DNA of 64,000 nt from an uncultured Planctomycetota bacterium (GTDB lineage Bacteria; Planctomycetota; UBA11346): contig CAIUVD010000276.1 in NCBI GenBank assembly GCA_903902515.1, positions 938-64,937 on the forward strand, in the 5' to 3' direction. Below, one piece after another: positions 1 through 9,296 of this stretch. The position numbers and the translations under genes are program-made. Every line of letters starts with the position of its first letter. Positions within the stretch are counted from its first letter, which is position 1. A model generated the notes under the pieces. The model ran no database searches. It was not told the origin of the DNA and saw only the letters and a program-made list of their open reading frames with translations.

Positions 1-1799
1 CGCTGGCCGGCCTCCAGGATCGCCGACAGCTGGAGGGGTCCAACCTGGGCGATGGAGAGCTGCAGGGCGGTGGACGATTTAGCGCCATAGGCGGTGGTGG
101 CGGCCGGCAAGGAATTGCGCACCGTGGCCACCGCGTCTCCCTGGCGCCATTGGCGCTCGGCGCCAGCTTTGACTCGTCCCGCCTGAACTCCTGAGCCGTC
201 TGTGGTCCATTCCACCCCGACGCGTTCAAAGAAGGCGTCCTCAACCGTGAGCCACCGGGATTCGACCCGCACCATCATGCCTTGAGCGGCTTCCTGGGAG
301 CGCAGGAGTTCCTTGACCAGACCATGCACTTCCGGGGAAGCCATGACGAACAACACGGAGCCACGTATGGTGATGCCCTGGCTCTCGGATTCCCAGGAAT
401 CCGGCCGGATGACCGTGCGGATTAGGTTGGCCAGGTCCTCGGGGGTCACTTGGCGGACTTCCGGCGTTGCCTGGACAAACTGAGCCCCGGCGGTGCCGCT
501 GGCCGCTCCCAGGGCCAGTTCCCGGCCGGGCTTATCCTGGGCGGAATGGATCAGGTTGGCGACATCATAGACCGCAAGTACGGGGGCTGGTTGGGCGATG
601 GCGCCAACCACCACGGCTTCTTGGTCCAAGGTCCAGGTGGACCCAACTTGACGAGCGATCCAGGTCAGGGCGTTGTCACAGCGGATGGACGGTGCATCTA
701 GGGAGACTTGAGGATCCGCGGCCGCCAGGGTGGGATCGATGATCAGGTTGACCCCGGCCCGGTTGGCCACCAGTCGGAGCGCCTCCGAGAGGGGCATCCG
801 GTCGATCTTGAGGGACATGCGGGCGGCCAGACGGTCCCGCAGGGCGCCTACCCATGGGGCTTCCCGGCTTTGGTCTAGAATCCGGAGGTCCGTGCCATGA
901 CGGCGATCAAGCCAGCCTTCCGGATAATCCGGTAGTCCGTCCAGGCGACCTGGAAGCAAGGCCTCCCGCATCTGCGTGGCCAGCTCTTCGCGGAGATCGA
1001 CGGTGGCTTCCTTGGTGGTCTGTTGGCGACCATCATGGGCCTCGGCCAAGACCAGGGCCAGGAGTTCCCGGACATCGGTGCGATCTGGCTCATCCTTGGC
1101 TAAACGGCGGGCCTCCGTCAGGGCCAGTTCACGATGGCCCAGGCGGCGCAGTTCCCGGATTCGGTCCGTTCGTTCCTGGATGCGCCGGGCCCGCAGGGAA
1201 TCCTGATCCAGGGCGGCCGCACGAGCGGTCCGGACCTGGGCTTGCCGCGATTCATCATTCTGGGATTCATCTGTTTGTCGCTGACGGCGCAGATGGGCAT
1301 CAATTTCGGCCTGCAGTTCGGCCATCAGGACGGCTAATCCGGGATCGGCCGTGAGGCCCTGTTGGCGGAAGGCCCGCAGAACCACGGTCAGGGCTTCGGC
1401 AGCATCCGCATGACGACCTTGGGCGGCAGAGGCTGCGGCCCGGGCGCGGGCAGAGCGGGCCTCGGCTGCGGCCCATGAAACGAGTAGGGTGGGATCGAGG
1501 GGCGTGGCTTTGGGCTGGGCCACGAAGATGGGGGCCAGGTCTGCCGCTAAGCGACCATCACCGGGAGCTAGAAGCATGGCCTTGCGGGCCAGGTCCCGGG
1601 CTTCCAGGTGGCGTCCGGCCGTCGCGGCCCGCTGGGCCCGGGCTGCGAGTGATTGGGCTTCGAGGTTGGCGGAGGAAGGGAGTTCTGCCGCCGCCCCAGT
1701 CGCCATCGTGGCCAGCAATCCGGCCACGACAACACGCCCCGCCCAGTCATACCGGCGGGGCGTATCCCAATGATTCCCAAGTGGCCGAAGGCTCCCCAT
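1..1799 (-). CDS. Secretin-like outer-membrane protein, paralog of the adjacent secretin (partial; the C-terminus lies beyond the window start)
   Basis: Absent from the ORF track because it runs off the edge. Hand translation from ATG 1799-1797 stays open to nt 1. It begins MGSLRPLGNHWDTPRRYDWAGRVVVAGLLATMATGAAAE (signal-like), followed by an Ala/Arg/Glu-rich helical stretch. It then reads LKIDRMPLSEALRLVANRAGVNLIIDP and VLAVYDVANLIHSAQDKPGREL, colinear with VTFEFQDQGFEDVINFLRQVTGTNIIIAP and VLRIYDVADLIQHPRDMPGREL of ORF 1810-4257. The gene starts 10 nt after that ORF's stop. Confidence 0.6.
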   Translation of the reverse strand, partial: MGSLRPLGNHWDTPRRYDWAGRVVVAGLLATMATGAAAELPSSANLEAQSLAARAQRAATAGRHLEARDLARKAMLLAPGDGRLAADLAPIFVAQPKATPLDPTLLVSWAAAEARSARARAAASAAQGRHADAAEALTVVLRAFRQQGLTADPGLAVLMAELQAEIDAHLRRQRQTDESQNDESRQAQVRTARAAALDQDSLRARRIQERTDRIRELRRLGHRELALTEARRLAKDEPDRTDVRELLALVLAEAHDGRQQTTKEATVDLREELATQMREALLPGRLDGLPDYPEGWLDRRHGTDLRILDQSREAPWVGALRDRLAARMSLKIDRMPLSEALRLVANRAGVNLIIDPTLAAADPQVSLDAPSIRCDNALTWIARQVGSTWTLDQEAVVVGAIAQPAPVLAVYDVANLIHSAQDKPGRELALGAASGTAGAQFVQATPEVRQVTPEDLANLIRTVIRPDSWESESQGITIRGSVLFVMASPEVHGLVKELLRSQEAAQGMMVRVESRWLTVEDAFFERVGVEWTTDGSGVQAGRVKAGAERQWRQGDAVATVRNSLPAATTAYGAKSSTALQLSIAQVGPLQLSAILEAGQ

Positions 1800-1809
1800 C
1801 AGACGGCGG

Positions 1810-4257
1810 TCACTGGACCGCTTCCTTTTCAGCCATGTCGATGATTTCGGTGTGGAGCAGATAGAAGGTTCGGTCGTCCAAGTCGTAGGTGCCGTTGCGG
1901 CTAAACAGACGGCCAAGGAACGGGATGTTGCTCAGGAATGGTACGCCCGTGCTGGTGGTTTCCCGTCCACTCTTTTGGAATCCACCAATCAACAAGCTGG
2001 CCTTGTCCGGGATCATGACCGTCGAGCGCAGGCTGTGGACGGACAGATTCGGCATTTCAATCGGGAACCTGGCGCTGGTGACCACATTAACACTGTTTCC
2101 ACCACCATTGCCACCGCCACTGATCCGGTTGCCGACGATGTAATCAACAAACACCCCATCACGGCTGACCGAAGAGGGGCGAACTTCCATGGTCACATAC
2201 TTACGGTCGGAACTGACCACGGGCCTGATATCGATGGTATTTCCGTAGGCCAGGACCTGGACCTTCGGATCGTAGTTGTTGGAAACGATCTCATAATCAG
2301 CAATGTAGGCCAATTGACGCAGGAAAGCGGCATGGGCCCGCTGGCCATTGTAACAGGTGAGCGTGGGCTGCTCCAAGGTCGTCATGTCGCCCTCGTTCTC
2401 GACCGCATTCAGCACCAGGTTCACCTGATCGCGATTGAGGAACGAGAACGGACTGTGACTCACGTCCAGTTGCAGACCCTTGCCGCTCGGATTGAAGTCC
2501 GAAATCGACGAGCTGGGTCCGTTGGTGTTGTTGACGGAGGCATTGATCTGCCCGTTGTCGTTTTGCCGGGTATAGCCCGAGGCGCTGGTCGAGGTCAGCA
2601 TCTGGCCATTGGTGCCATGGGCCCAGTCGAACCCGATCTCCTCGAAATAGTTCTTCCGCACCCGTAGGACGCGCACATCGATGCTGACTTGGAGGGAGGA
2701 CAGGTTGCGCTGACTGGTCAGCAGCTGCTCGATCTGGCCATGAACCTCGGGCACCTGGCTGATGAACAGGACGCTTCCACCCCGCTGCTCGATGCCGACA
2801 CCTTCCAATTCCCAGGAATTTGGGGCAACATTCTTGCGGATGAAGTCGACCAGCTCCTGGGGATCCGGGGTCTTGGGCGGCTCGGCATTGGCTTGGAACA
2901 GACTGCCACCGCCGCCCGAGGCGGCGGTGTACGCCAGTTCCCGACCGGGCATGTCCCGGGGGTGCTGAATGAGGTCCGCCACGTCATAGATGCGCAGAAC
3001 CACGGCTCCGGTGACTTGAGCCTTGCTAATATAGATCGCTTGGTTCTGGAGGGCGTAATGGAGCTGCGTGAGTTCCAGGATCCACTTCAGGGCGTCCCCG
3101 AAACGCATGTCCTTGACCTTGAGGGTCACGGTTCCACCACCGTTGGCCGCCAGGACCTCCGGAGCGATGATGATGTTGGTGCCGGTCACCTGGCGGAGGA
3201 AGTTGATGACATCCTCGAATCCCTGATCCTGGAATTCGAACGTCACGCGCTGTTCAAGCCGATCCTTGAGGGAGGCCACCCAGGCTTCCTCCTTGCCGGT
3301 TCCGATTTCCCGGGGCTTGCGAAGCGTCCGGCGGGCCCAGTCCTCCGGGTAGACCAGCAATTCGGTCTGGGGGATCAGGCTGCGATGGACCTCTTCGTTG
3401 ATCCGGGCAATACGCTCTGAGCGTTCAGTTTCATGCTTGTCGTCGAAGGCATTGTGGCCCTCACGACGGGCATCCAGGTACAGGTCCCGAGCATCTTCGC
3501 GGCGGCGGTCCAACTCGTAGGCATTCCAGGCGTCGACTTCCGCTCGGCGGTAGTCCTTGCGATCGTAGGCATCCTTGGCGCGGCGGAGCAGCTCGTCGAC
3601 CTTGTTGGCCAGGGCTTTTTCCTGCAGACGTGCCGCATCACGGGCACGATCCTCGGCCTCTTCGCGGACGTCATCCTGGCGCTTTTCGGCCTGGGTCCGG
3701 GCTTGGGCGGCGGTGTCTTTGCGCTTGCGCTCGATGGTCTGGGGGAGGGTGCCCCAATCGAAGGCATAGGGAAAGCTCTTGAGGCCGACGGCGGCCCGGT
3801 CGTAGTCGAGCTCAGCTCCGGCAAAATCGCCCTTGGCGGCCTTCTGATCCCCGCTCTTGACGAGGCCTTCGAGGCGGATGGCGGCCTCTTGGGTCCGAAC
3901 GTCCTGCAGGGTCCTGAACCACGTGGCGGCCATCTGCAGACGATTGTCGCGCTGGCTGAGTACCGCCAGCACGTCCTCGCGCAGGGCGATGGCCCCGGCG
4001 TTGGCGGGGTTGAGGCGGATCGCCTCGTCCACCTTGGCCCGGCATTCGACGAACTGGGCCTTGCGGTAGAAGGCCTGGGCTTCGGCCAGGGCGGCATCAC
4101 TGGCCAACCCGGACGTTGAGCCGGCAAATTCTTTTGCCAGCTGCTCCAGGGCCACCTGGGGATTTGTCGGGGCGGTCTCCTCCGCCGGCACGGTCGCCCC
4201 GACGGCCGTGAGGGCCAGGATCAGGGGGGTCAGCGGAAGACGAGGACGACTGCTCAT
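1810..4257 (-). CDS. Secretin (PilQ/GspD-type) with a long N-terminal charged helical/TPR-like region
   Basis: 815-aa ORF with ATG at 4257 and a signal-like N-terminus MSSRPRLPLTPLILALTAVGATVPA. The C-terminus carries secretin hallmarks (LLIGGFQKSGRETTSTGVPFLSNIPFLGRLFSRNG). It lies near the end of a pilM-led operon. Confidence 0.8.
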   Translation of the reverse strand: MSSRPRLPLTPLILALTAVGATVPAEETAPTNPQVALEQLAKEFAGSTSGLASDAALAEAQAFYRKAQFVECRAKVDEAIRLNPANAGAIALREDVLAVLSQRDNRLQMAATWFRTLQDVRTQEAAIRLEGLVKSGDQKAAKGDFAGAELDYDRAAVGLKSFPYAFDWGTLPQTIERKRKDTAAQARTQAEKRQDDVREEAEDRARDAARLQEKALANKVDELLRRAKDAYDRKDYRRAEVDAWNAYELDRRREDARDLYLDARREGHNAFDDKHETERSERIARINEEVHRSLIPQTELLVYPEDWARRTLRKPREIGTGKEEAWVASLKDRLEQRVTFEFQDQGFEDVINFLRQVTGTNIIIAPEVLAANGGGTVTLKVKDMRFGDALKWILELTQLHYALQNQAIYISKAQVTGAVVLRIYDVADLIQHPRDMPGRELAYTAASGGGGSLFQANAEPPKTPDPQELVDFIRKNVAPNSWELEGVGIEQRGGSVLFISQVPEVHGQIEQLLTSQRNLSSLQVSIDVRVLRVRKNYFEEIGFDWAHGTNGQMLTSTSASGYTRQNDNGQINASVNNTNGPSSSISDFNPSGKGLQLDVSHSPFSFLNRDQVNLVLNAVENEGDMTTLEQPTLTCYNGQRAHAAFLRQLAYIADYEIVSNNYDPKVQVLAYGNTIDIRPVVSSDRKYVTMEVRPSSVSRDGVFVDYIVGNRISGGGNGGGNSVNVVTSARFPIEMPNLSVHSLRSTVMIPDKASLLIGGFQKSGRETTSTGVPFLSNIPFLGRLFSRNGTYDLDDRTFYLLHTEIIDMAEKEAVQ

Positions 4258-4335
4258 GGACGCTCCAGGCCGAACCCGAAGGTTACGGCGCGTGGGAATG
4301 GTGGAGACTGCGAGAATTGAAGGAACGGGAGGTGC

Positions 4336-4354
4336 CCGGAGCCTGGGGCTCCGG
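4336..4354 (-). terminator. Intercistronic stem-loop between the 582-aa gene and the secretin gene
   Basis: CCGGAGCC-TGG-GGCTCCGG forms an 8-bp perfect stem just downstream of the stop at 4361. There is no clear U-tract, so this may be an attenuator or stabiliser rather than a proven terminator. Confidence 0.25.
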
Positions 4355-4360
4355 TGTCAC

Positions 4361-6109
4361 TCACGGACGTGTCTGCTGAGGGGTTTGGCGGGCCGGAGGT
4401 GTGGTGGGCTGGGCCCGTGGTGCCGGGGCTGCGGCGCCGGTGGCCGGCGGGGCGGTAGCTTCCGGCGCAGCGGGGGTTTCTGTGGTCGGCGCCGTCGCGG
4501 TGACCGGCTCCGGCCATTGGCGTACCTTGCGGTTTATCGGTTCGTACCACACCAAGCGGCCATCGGCCAATTCCAGATAGGGCGTGTCCGTCTCGTAGAA
4601 GGATTCATCGCCGGGATGTTCCGCCCGCACTTTGAGAAGCGGACCCGTTCCGGGGGCGTGGGAGCGGGGTGCGGCGGGTACCAGGGGTGCCTGATGGAAA
4701 TCCCCCGGTTGGTGCCGGAAGGCTTCTTCCTCGTTGAGCACGGGCGCGGTCTGGTTGGGATAGATGATGGCGTCGGCCTTGGCCGGTCGGCGGATGGTGC
4801 TGAGCTTGACCAATTCCATCCGACTCTTGCTGCGGACGTTCTCGACAATCAGGATATCCGTGGACGCTTCCTTGGCCAGAACCTCGAGGTCCTTGCCCTT
4901 GGATCCTTGGCGGGTTTTTTCGCGGATCTCGTAATAGAGGACGCGCTTCTGCTCGCGTTTGACATCCAGCACCCGGAAGCCGGTGTCGAGGGACACGATT
5001 TGAATGCCCTTGGCCGTGGTGACATTCACCTTGTCGGCGATCATCTTGCCCTTGGAAGCCTTGATAACCTTGGGCTCGGGAAGCCAGGAGACGGTGCCAT
5101 CGGCAGCCGTGGACATCTTGGTCACGAGCAGGTGAACGGTTTCCTTGGTCGGGTCTGCCACATCCGTAGCCACCTTGTCGAAGGCAAAGCGGACGTCAGA
5201 AGTCACGGATACCGTGGCTTCCTCGCTTGGGGCACCCAGGTACAGGCGCTCCCCCGGCTGGAGGTCGATCCAGGCGGGGGGAGCCACGGTGAGGGCCTTG
5301 GCAAACCGACCCAGGAAGGCGGCATCGGAGTTGCGCAGGCGTTCAGAGAACTCGGTCCAGTTCACGTCATCCCCGGGCATCCGACCGGGAAGCACCAAGA
5401 CGGCCTGGCCCGGGTTGGGGGAGCCCATTTCCGGCCCGGTGGCCTTAACGACCAGGCTGGCGCGGAAGGTATGGCGGATCCAGGGCTCCAGGCCGTCAGC
5501 GATGAAGGGACCGGTCACGGGAATGGCGGACAGGGGAATCATCCCCTGGACGGCTCCAGCCCCGACGAAGGGCTTCCAATCTTGATCGCCAACCTTGACC
5601 TCGATCAGCCAACCCACCACTTGGGCGCGATTGGCAATGTTCTCATCGGGCCGCTTCCAAACCGCTTCCAGGGCATCGGACAGCCGGCGATCCGTCGGTC
5701 GGACGGGGGGCGCCATAGCCAGGGTCAAGGCGGCTTTGCCGACGGCGTCAATGGCGGCCAAGGTCGGGGCCGGTGCTTCATAGACATAGGCCAGCAGACC
5801 CCGGGCCGAGGGGCCGCGATCGGGCGGGGCGGTAAGCCAAGCATCGGCCACCGGGGCGGCCAAAGGCTGGGTGAAGCGGCGCTTCATGTCCCCAAGATAG
5901 TCCGGGACGGGCTTAAGTAACGGCGGCTTGCCATCGATGAAGATCTTATCGATGGCGGCGTTCTGTTCGGTGATCTTGGCCGGGGTGATCCGGTCTGGGC
6001 GAATCGATTCGTCGGTCGTCACCGACCAGATCTCGAAGGCGCACAGCAGCAGGGTCAGGGAGACCACCGCCTTTTCACCGTGGGCGATGAGGAGGTCCTT
6101 GGCGTTCAT
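4361..6109 (-). CDS. Membrane-anchored protein of unknown function with a Pro/Thr/Ala-rich C-terminal tail (pilus/secretin operon member)
   Basis: 582-aa ORF whose ATG 6109 overlaps the upstream stop (ATGA). It has an N-terminal TM helix (VVSLTLLLCAFEIWSV) and a low-complexity C-terminus, PEPVTATAPTTETPAAPEATAPPATGAAAPAPRAQPTTPPARQTPQQTRP. I recognised no family motif. Confidence 0.65.
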   Translation of the reverse strand: MNAKDLLIAHGEKAVVSLTLLLCAFEIWSVTTDESIRPDRITPAKITEQNAAIDKIFIDGKPPLLKPVPDYLGDMKRRFTQPLAAPVADAWLTAPPDRGPSARGLLAYVYEAPAPTLAAIDAVGKAALTLAMAPPVRPTDRRLSDALEAVWKRPDENIANRAQVVGWLIEVKVGDQDWKPFVGAGAVQGMIPLSAIPVTGPFIADGLEPWIRHTFRASLVVKATGPEMGSPNPGQAVLVLPGRMPGDDVNWTEFSERLRNSDAAFLGRFAKALTVAPPAWIDLQPGERLYLGAPSEEATVSVTSDVRFAFDKVATDVADPTKETVHLLVTKMSTAADGTVSWLPEPKVIKASKGKMIADKVNVTTAKGIQIVSLDTGFRVLDVKREQKRVLYYEIREKTRQGSKGKDLEVLAKEASTDILIVENVRSKSRMELVKLSTIRRPAKADAIIYPNQTAPVLNEEEAFRHQPGDFHQAPLVPAAPRSHAPGTGPLLKVRAEHPGDESFYETDTPYLELADGRLVWYEPINRKVRQWPEPVTATAPTTETPAAPEATAPPATGAAAPAPRAQPTTPPARQTPQQTRP

Positions 6110-7203
6110 GAGTGATCTCCCGCCGTGGCGGCCCCGGGGGACTGGCTATGGGGTGGTTGCCCACCCTCGGTGGGAGCAGCGGGTGGGGCGAAGGGGGCCG
6201 AGAAGTCGAGGACGGCGATCCGCAGGCGAAGCCGGGCGGATTCCGTGGGGATGTCCTTGCGATCTCCGGCGGCGAAGGATTCCTGACGGCTCAGTTCGCT
6301 CCCGGTGACGATGACCACGGGCCGTTCCAGGTCCGCCGAACGCTCCAGAGTGGCCTGGGCGGCCAGTAGGGCAGAGACCGGGCCGACCAAGTCGATGGTC
6401 AAGCGATGGGCCTGGGCCAGTCCGTTGGTGGACGCATCCAGGGGGATGAGGCTCTCTTTTCCGGGTTCGGCGCCCTCGGCACTACCCCACCGGACCCCGG
6501 CCAGGGCCGCCGTCCCGGTAGGGGGTGTCAGGCCGCTGACGATAGGATTGACGGAATTCGCGGCCTTGGCTTCCAGAAGGCCATCGATGATCCGCTCCAT
6601 GATCCGCAGTTGGATGGTCAGGCGGGGGTGTTCGGCCACATCGGGAAATTCACTGCCCTTGGTGAAAAAGCCGGCAGAGCTACGGACGGCCTGATCGATG
6701 GCGTAGTCGGGGGCTCCCGTGGATTCCCCTTTGGCGGGTAGCCGAACGAGGGCACCGGCATTGGCCAGTCGCTTCAGTTGGTTCTCGCTCAGGGATTGGT
6801 ACGCGGTGTACCAGCCCAGTTTGTCCGCACTGTCGGCCACGGGGGTGTGCAGCGGGAGGCTGCGCTTGGCCAGGAAGGCCCGGATGTCGGCCAGCTGCCG
6901 ATCGTAATTGGCCACGTGGGGCTTGAGGGCATCGCGCCACGGGGGGGTGATCAGGTATTCCCCCGTCAGACGGGCGATGTCGTCGGCCCGCTCGGCATCA
7001 AATACGCCGACCGGACTGCCATTATTGCCGCGGCGGTCGAGTTCCTGTAGATGGCGATATTCGCTGTCGAGGCTGGCTTTGACATCCCGCGCCGGGAGGG
7101 CCTGGCCGATCAAGTCGACATCCGGCAGGGCCAGGACCCACACCAGCAATTCGATGGCGACCACCGCACCGCTGCCGATCCAGAAGGCATGCTGGGTCTT
7201 CAT
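6106..7203 (-). CDS. PilO-like bitopic membrane protein (tentative)
   Basis: The track ORF starts at 7230. ATG 7203 gives an ATGA overlap with the pilM-like stop (7200-7202) and the N-terminus MKTQHAFWIGSGAVVAIELLVWVLAL (single TM helix). Its position after a PilM-PilN fusion and its periplasmic C-domain are consistent with PilO/GspM-type proteins. Confidence 0.55.
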   Translation of the reverse strand: MKTQHAFWIGSGAVVAIELLVWVLALPDVDLIGQALPARDVKASLDSEYRHLQELDRRGNNGSPVGVFDAERADDIARLTGEYLITPPWRDALKPHVANYDRQLADIRAFLAKRSLPLHTPVADSADKLGWYTAYQSLSENQLKRLANAGALVRLPAKGESTGAPDYAIDQAVRSSAGFFTKGSEFPDVAEHPRLTIQLRIMERIIDGLLEAKAANSVNPIVSGLTPPTGTAALAGVRWGSAEGAEPGKESLIPLDASTNGLAQAHRLTIDLVGPVSALLAAQATLERSADLERPVVIVTGSELSRQESFAAGDRKDIPTESARLRLRIAVLDFSAPFAPPAAPTEGGQPPHSQSPGAATAGDHS

Positions 7204-9041
7204 GGGGTCTCCTGGGCTTTGAGCGTGCAATCGATGGTGACGGTCATGACCGGGTAACGCCGTTCTTCCTGGAGTGGCGCCAGGGCGCCGGTGATCGGAT
7301 CCGTATGGGAGCGGTCGATGTACCAGTAGGTGTCGGTGCCGGCAGTTTCGGACTGGGCTTGGACCGCAGCAAATAGGCGGGGCTCTTGCTCAGCTGCCGT
7401 ATTGGCCGCCCGGGCCGCCCGGACGTCTGCGCGGAGGCCCAGGAGCGATGAGGGCACGGGCAGGGCTTTGAGCCGGTCTACCAAAAGGCGGCTGATTTCG
7501 CCGGGTCTGGCAATCTGGGGGATGGTCACCACCAGGGAGACCTTGACGTCGGTGCCGAGGGGGCGGAAGGGCCCCTTCACCGTCAGGTCGGGTTCTGGAA
7601 TGGTCAACGAGCGCAGGTAGAGGGCCTGAAGAGGCGTGGGTTGCCCTCGTTCCGGTGGTCCCGCAATCACCCCTCGCTCATGGGCGATCCCTTGAACAAC
7701 TTCGAGGACGGCCGCCGAAACCCCCGTATGGAATCCCTGCTGCGCCCCGAAGGGCTCGAACAATTTGAGTTCCACGGCCTTGGGCGCCACTTGATCCAGG
7801 ACGCTCTTGCTTTCGGACTGGCGGCGCGTGTTGGATTCGTAACTCTCCTTGATCTTCGCCAGGAGCATCTCGTTCTCAGTCTTCACGCCGTCGACGATGC
7901 CGAGACTGAGCCACATCGTGGCGCCCAGGGCCACCGGGATGGCTACACCGGCCCACATCTTGGAGCGCAGCAGACGTTCGAACTGCTCTTCCCGGGGCAT
8001 CAGATCGACGGTCGCGCGACCGAAGCCGATCCCCTGGAGGGCCAAGCCCATGGCCACGCCCAGGCTCTGGAGGTCGTGCATGAAATGCTCGCGCTCCAAG
8101 CCATCTGCCACCTTCACCTTGTCGAGGTCTTCGAGGATGTTGATGGTGTAACGCAGGCGTTCGGCCATGTATTCTGGCAGGCCCGGCAGGCGGAAGGTGC
8201 TGCCGCTGATGACGAGATTTTCGAGTTTGGCGTCCTTGTTCTGCTGCTTGTAGAAGCCCAGGCTGCGCTGGACCTCACTCGTCAGCTCGATCAGGGTGCC
8301 TTCGATGACCTTCAAAATGCGGTCGGCCTGGGCGCTTTCCCCGGCCTGTCGCTTGAGGGTCTCGGCCTCTGCCACCGAGACTTTGAACTTTTTGGCAAAG
8401 GCATCGGTCAGGGCATTGCCGGAGATGCCCATGGTCCGCATCCACAGCATATCGCCTTGGTAGCAGACCAGATCCGTATTCTCGGCGCCGACGTCGAGGA
8501 TGACGATTGTCTCGTCTTCCGGGAACACCTGGTCGTAGCGGACAAAGTTGTAGAGGGCGAGGGAGCTGACGGAAATTCCCACCAAATTGATACCCGCCTG
8601 GCGGGTAACGCTCATGACCTCCGTGGCCAGTTCCCGCTTCACGGCGAACAACGCTACATCTTGGCTGACGCCATCGGGGGCGGGGGACAGGTGATAGCCC
8701 CACTCCACCTGATCGAAATCTCCCGGAATCTGTTGGCGGGCTTCAAGCTCCACCATCCGCTCAACCTGCTTGGGATTGATGACCGGGATATTGACGGTGC
8801 GGGAAAAGACCTGGCGACCCGACAGGGAGGCCACCACCGGGGTGTCGTGGAACTCCTCTCGACCAGCCAGCGAACGCAGGGCGGCAATCACCGCATCGGT
8901 GCGATCGCCGCCCTCAGGGACGGCGATCGGTTCGATGGCATAACCAAGAACGGTGGCTACCTCGCCCTTGCGAGCGATTTTTACCGCCTTGATGCTGGAA
9001 TGGCCAAGATCGAGACCCCAGCAGACCGAGTGCTTCAGCAT
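7200..9041 (-). CDS. pilM: Type IV pilus assembly protein PilM (actin-like ATPase fold) fused to a PilN-like TM and periplasmic region
   Basis: 613-aa ORF with ATG at 9041. The N-terminus GLDLGHSSIKAVKIARKGE...LDVGAENTDLV is typical of PilM. An internal TM helix (MWAGVAIPVALGATMWLSLGIV) is followed by about 220 further residues. Confidence 0.8.
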   Translation of the reverse strand: MLKHSVCWGLDLGHSSIKAVKIARKGEVATVLGYAIEPIAVPEGGDRTDAVIAALRSLAGREEFHDTPVVASLSGRQVFSRTVNIPVINPKQVERMVELEARQQIPGDFDQVEWGYHLSPAPDGVSQDVALFAVKRELATEVMSVTRQAGINLVGISVSSLALYNFVRYDQVFPEDETIVILDVGAENTDLVCYQGDMLWMRTMGISGNALTDAFAKKFKVSVAEAETLKRQAGESAQADRILKVIEGTLIELTSEVQRSLGFYKQQNKDAKLENLVISGSTFRLPGLPEYMAERLRYTINILEDLDKVKVADGLEREHFMHDLQSLGVAMGLALQGIGFGRATVDLMPREEQFERLLRSKMWAGVAIPVALGATMWLSLGIVDGVKTENEMLLAKIKESYESNTRRQSESKSVLDQVAPKAVELKLFEPFGAQQGFHTGVSAAVLEVVQGIAHERGVIAGPPERGQPTPLQALYLRSLTIPEPDLTVKGPFRPLGTDVKVSLVVTIPQIARPGEISRLLVDRLKALPVPSSLLGLRADVRAARAANTAAEQEPRLFAAVQAQSETAGTDTYWYIDRSHTDPITGALAPLQEERRYPVMTVTIDCTLKAQETP

Positions 9042-9296
9042 AAGTTCTGCCAGCCTTCACGAGCGGGGGGGGTGGTCAAAGGGGCCCGGGATGCCAGGTC
9101 CTGGGGTGTCTCACGGGGTGTAAAGCGGATTTGGGTTCTAAAAAACCCACAAATCACAACGGGGGTCACCACTGATTTTTCTGTTGTTGAAGACACAAAT
9201 CTGCCCTTAACATGCATCTCCGGCAGTTCGCTTGTGCGTTTCAGCCGATTCAGGCGTTCCATTCGATTCAGCTGACTCATCCGTTACGTGCTCCCT

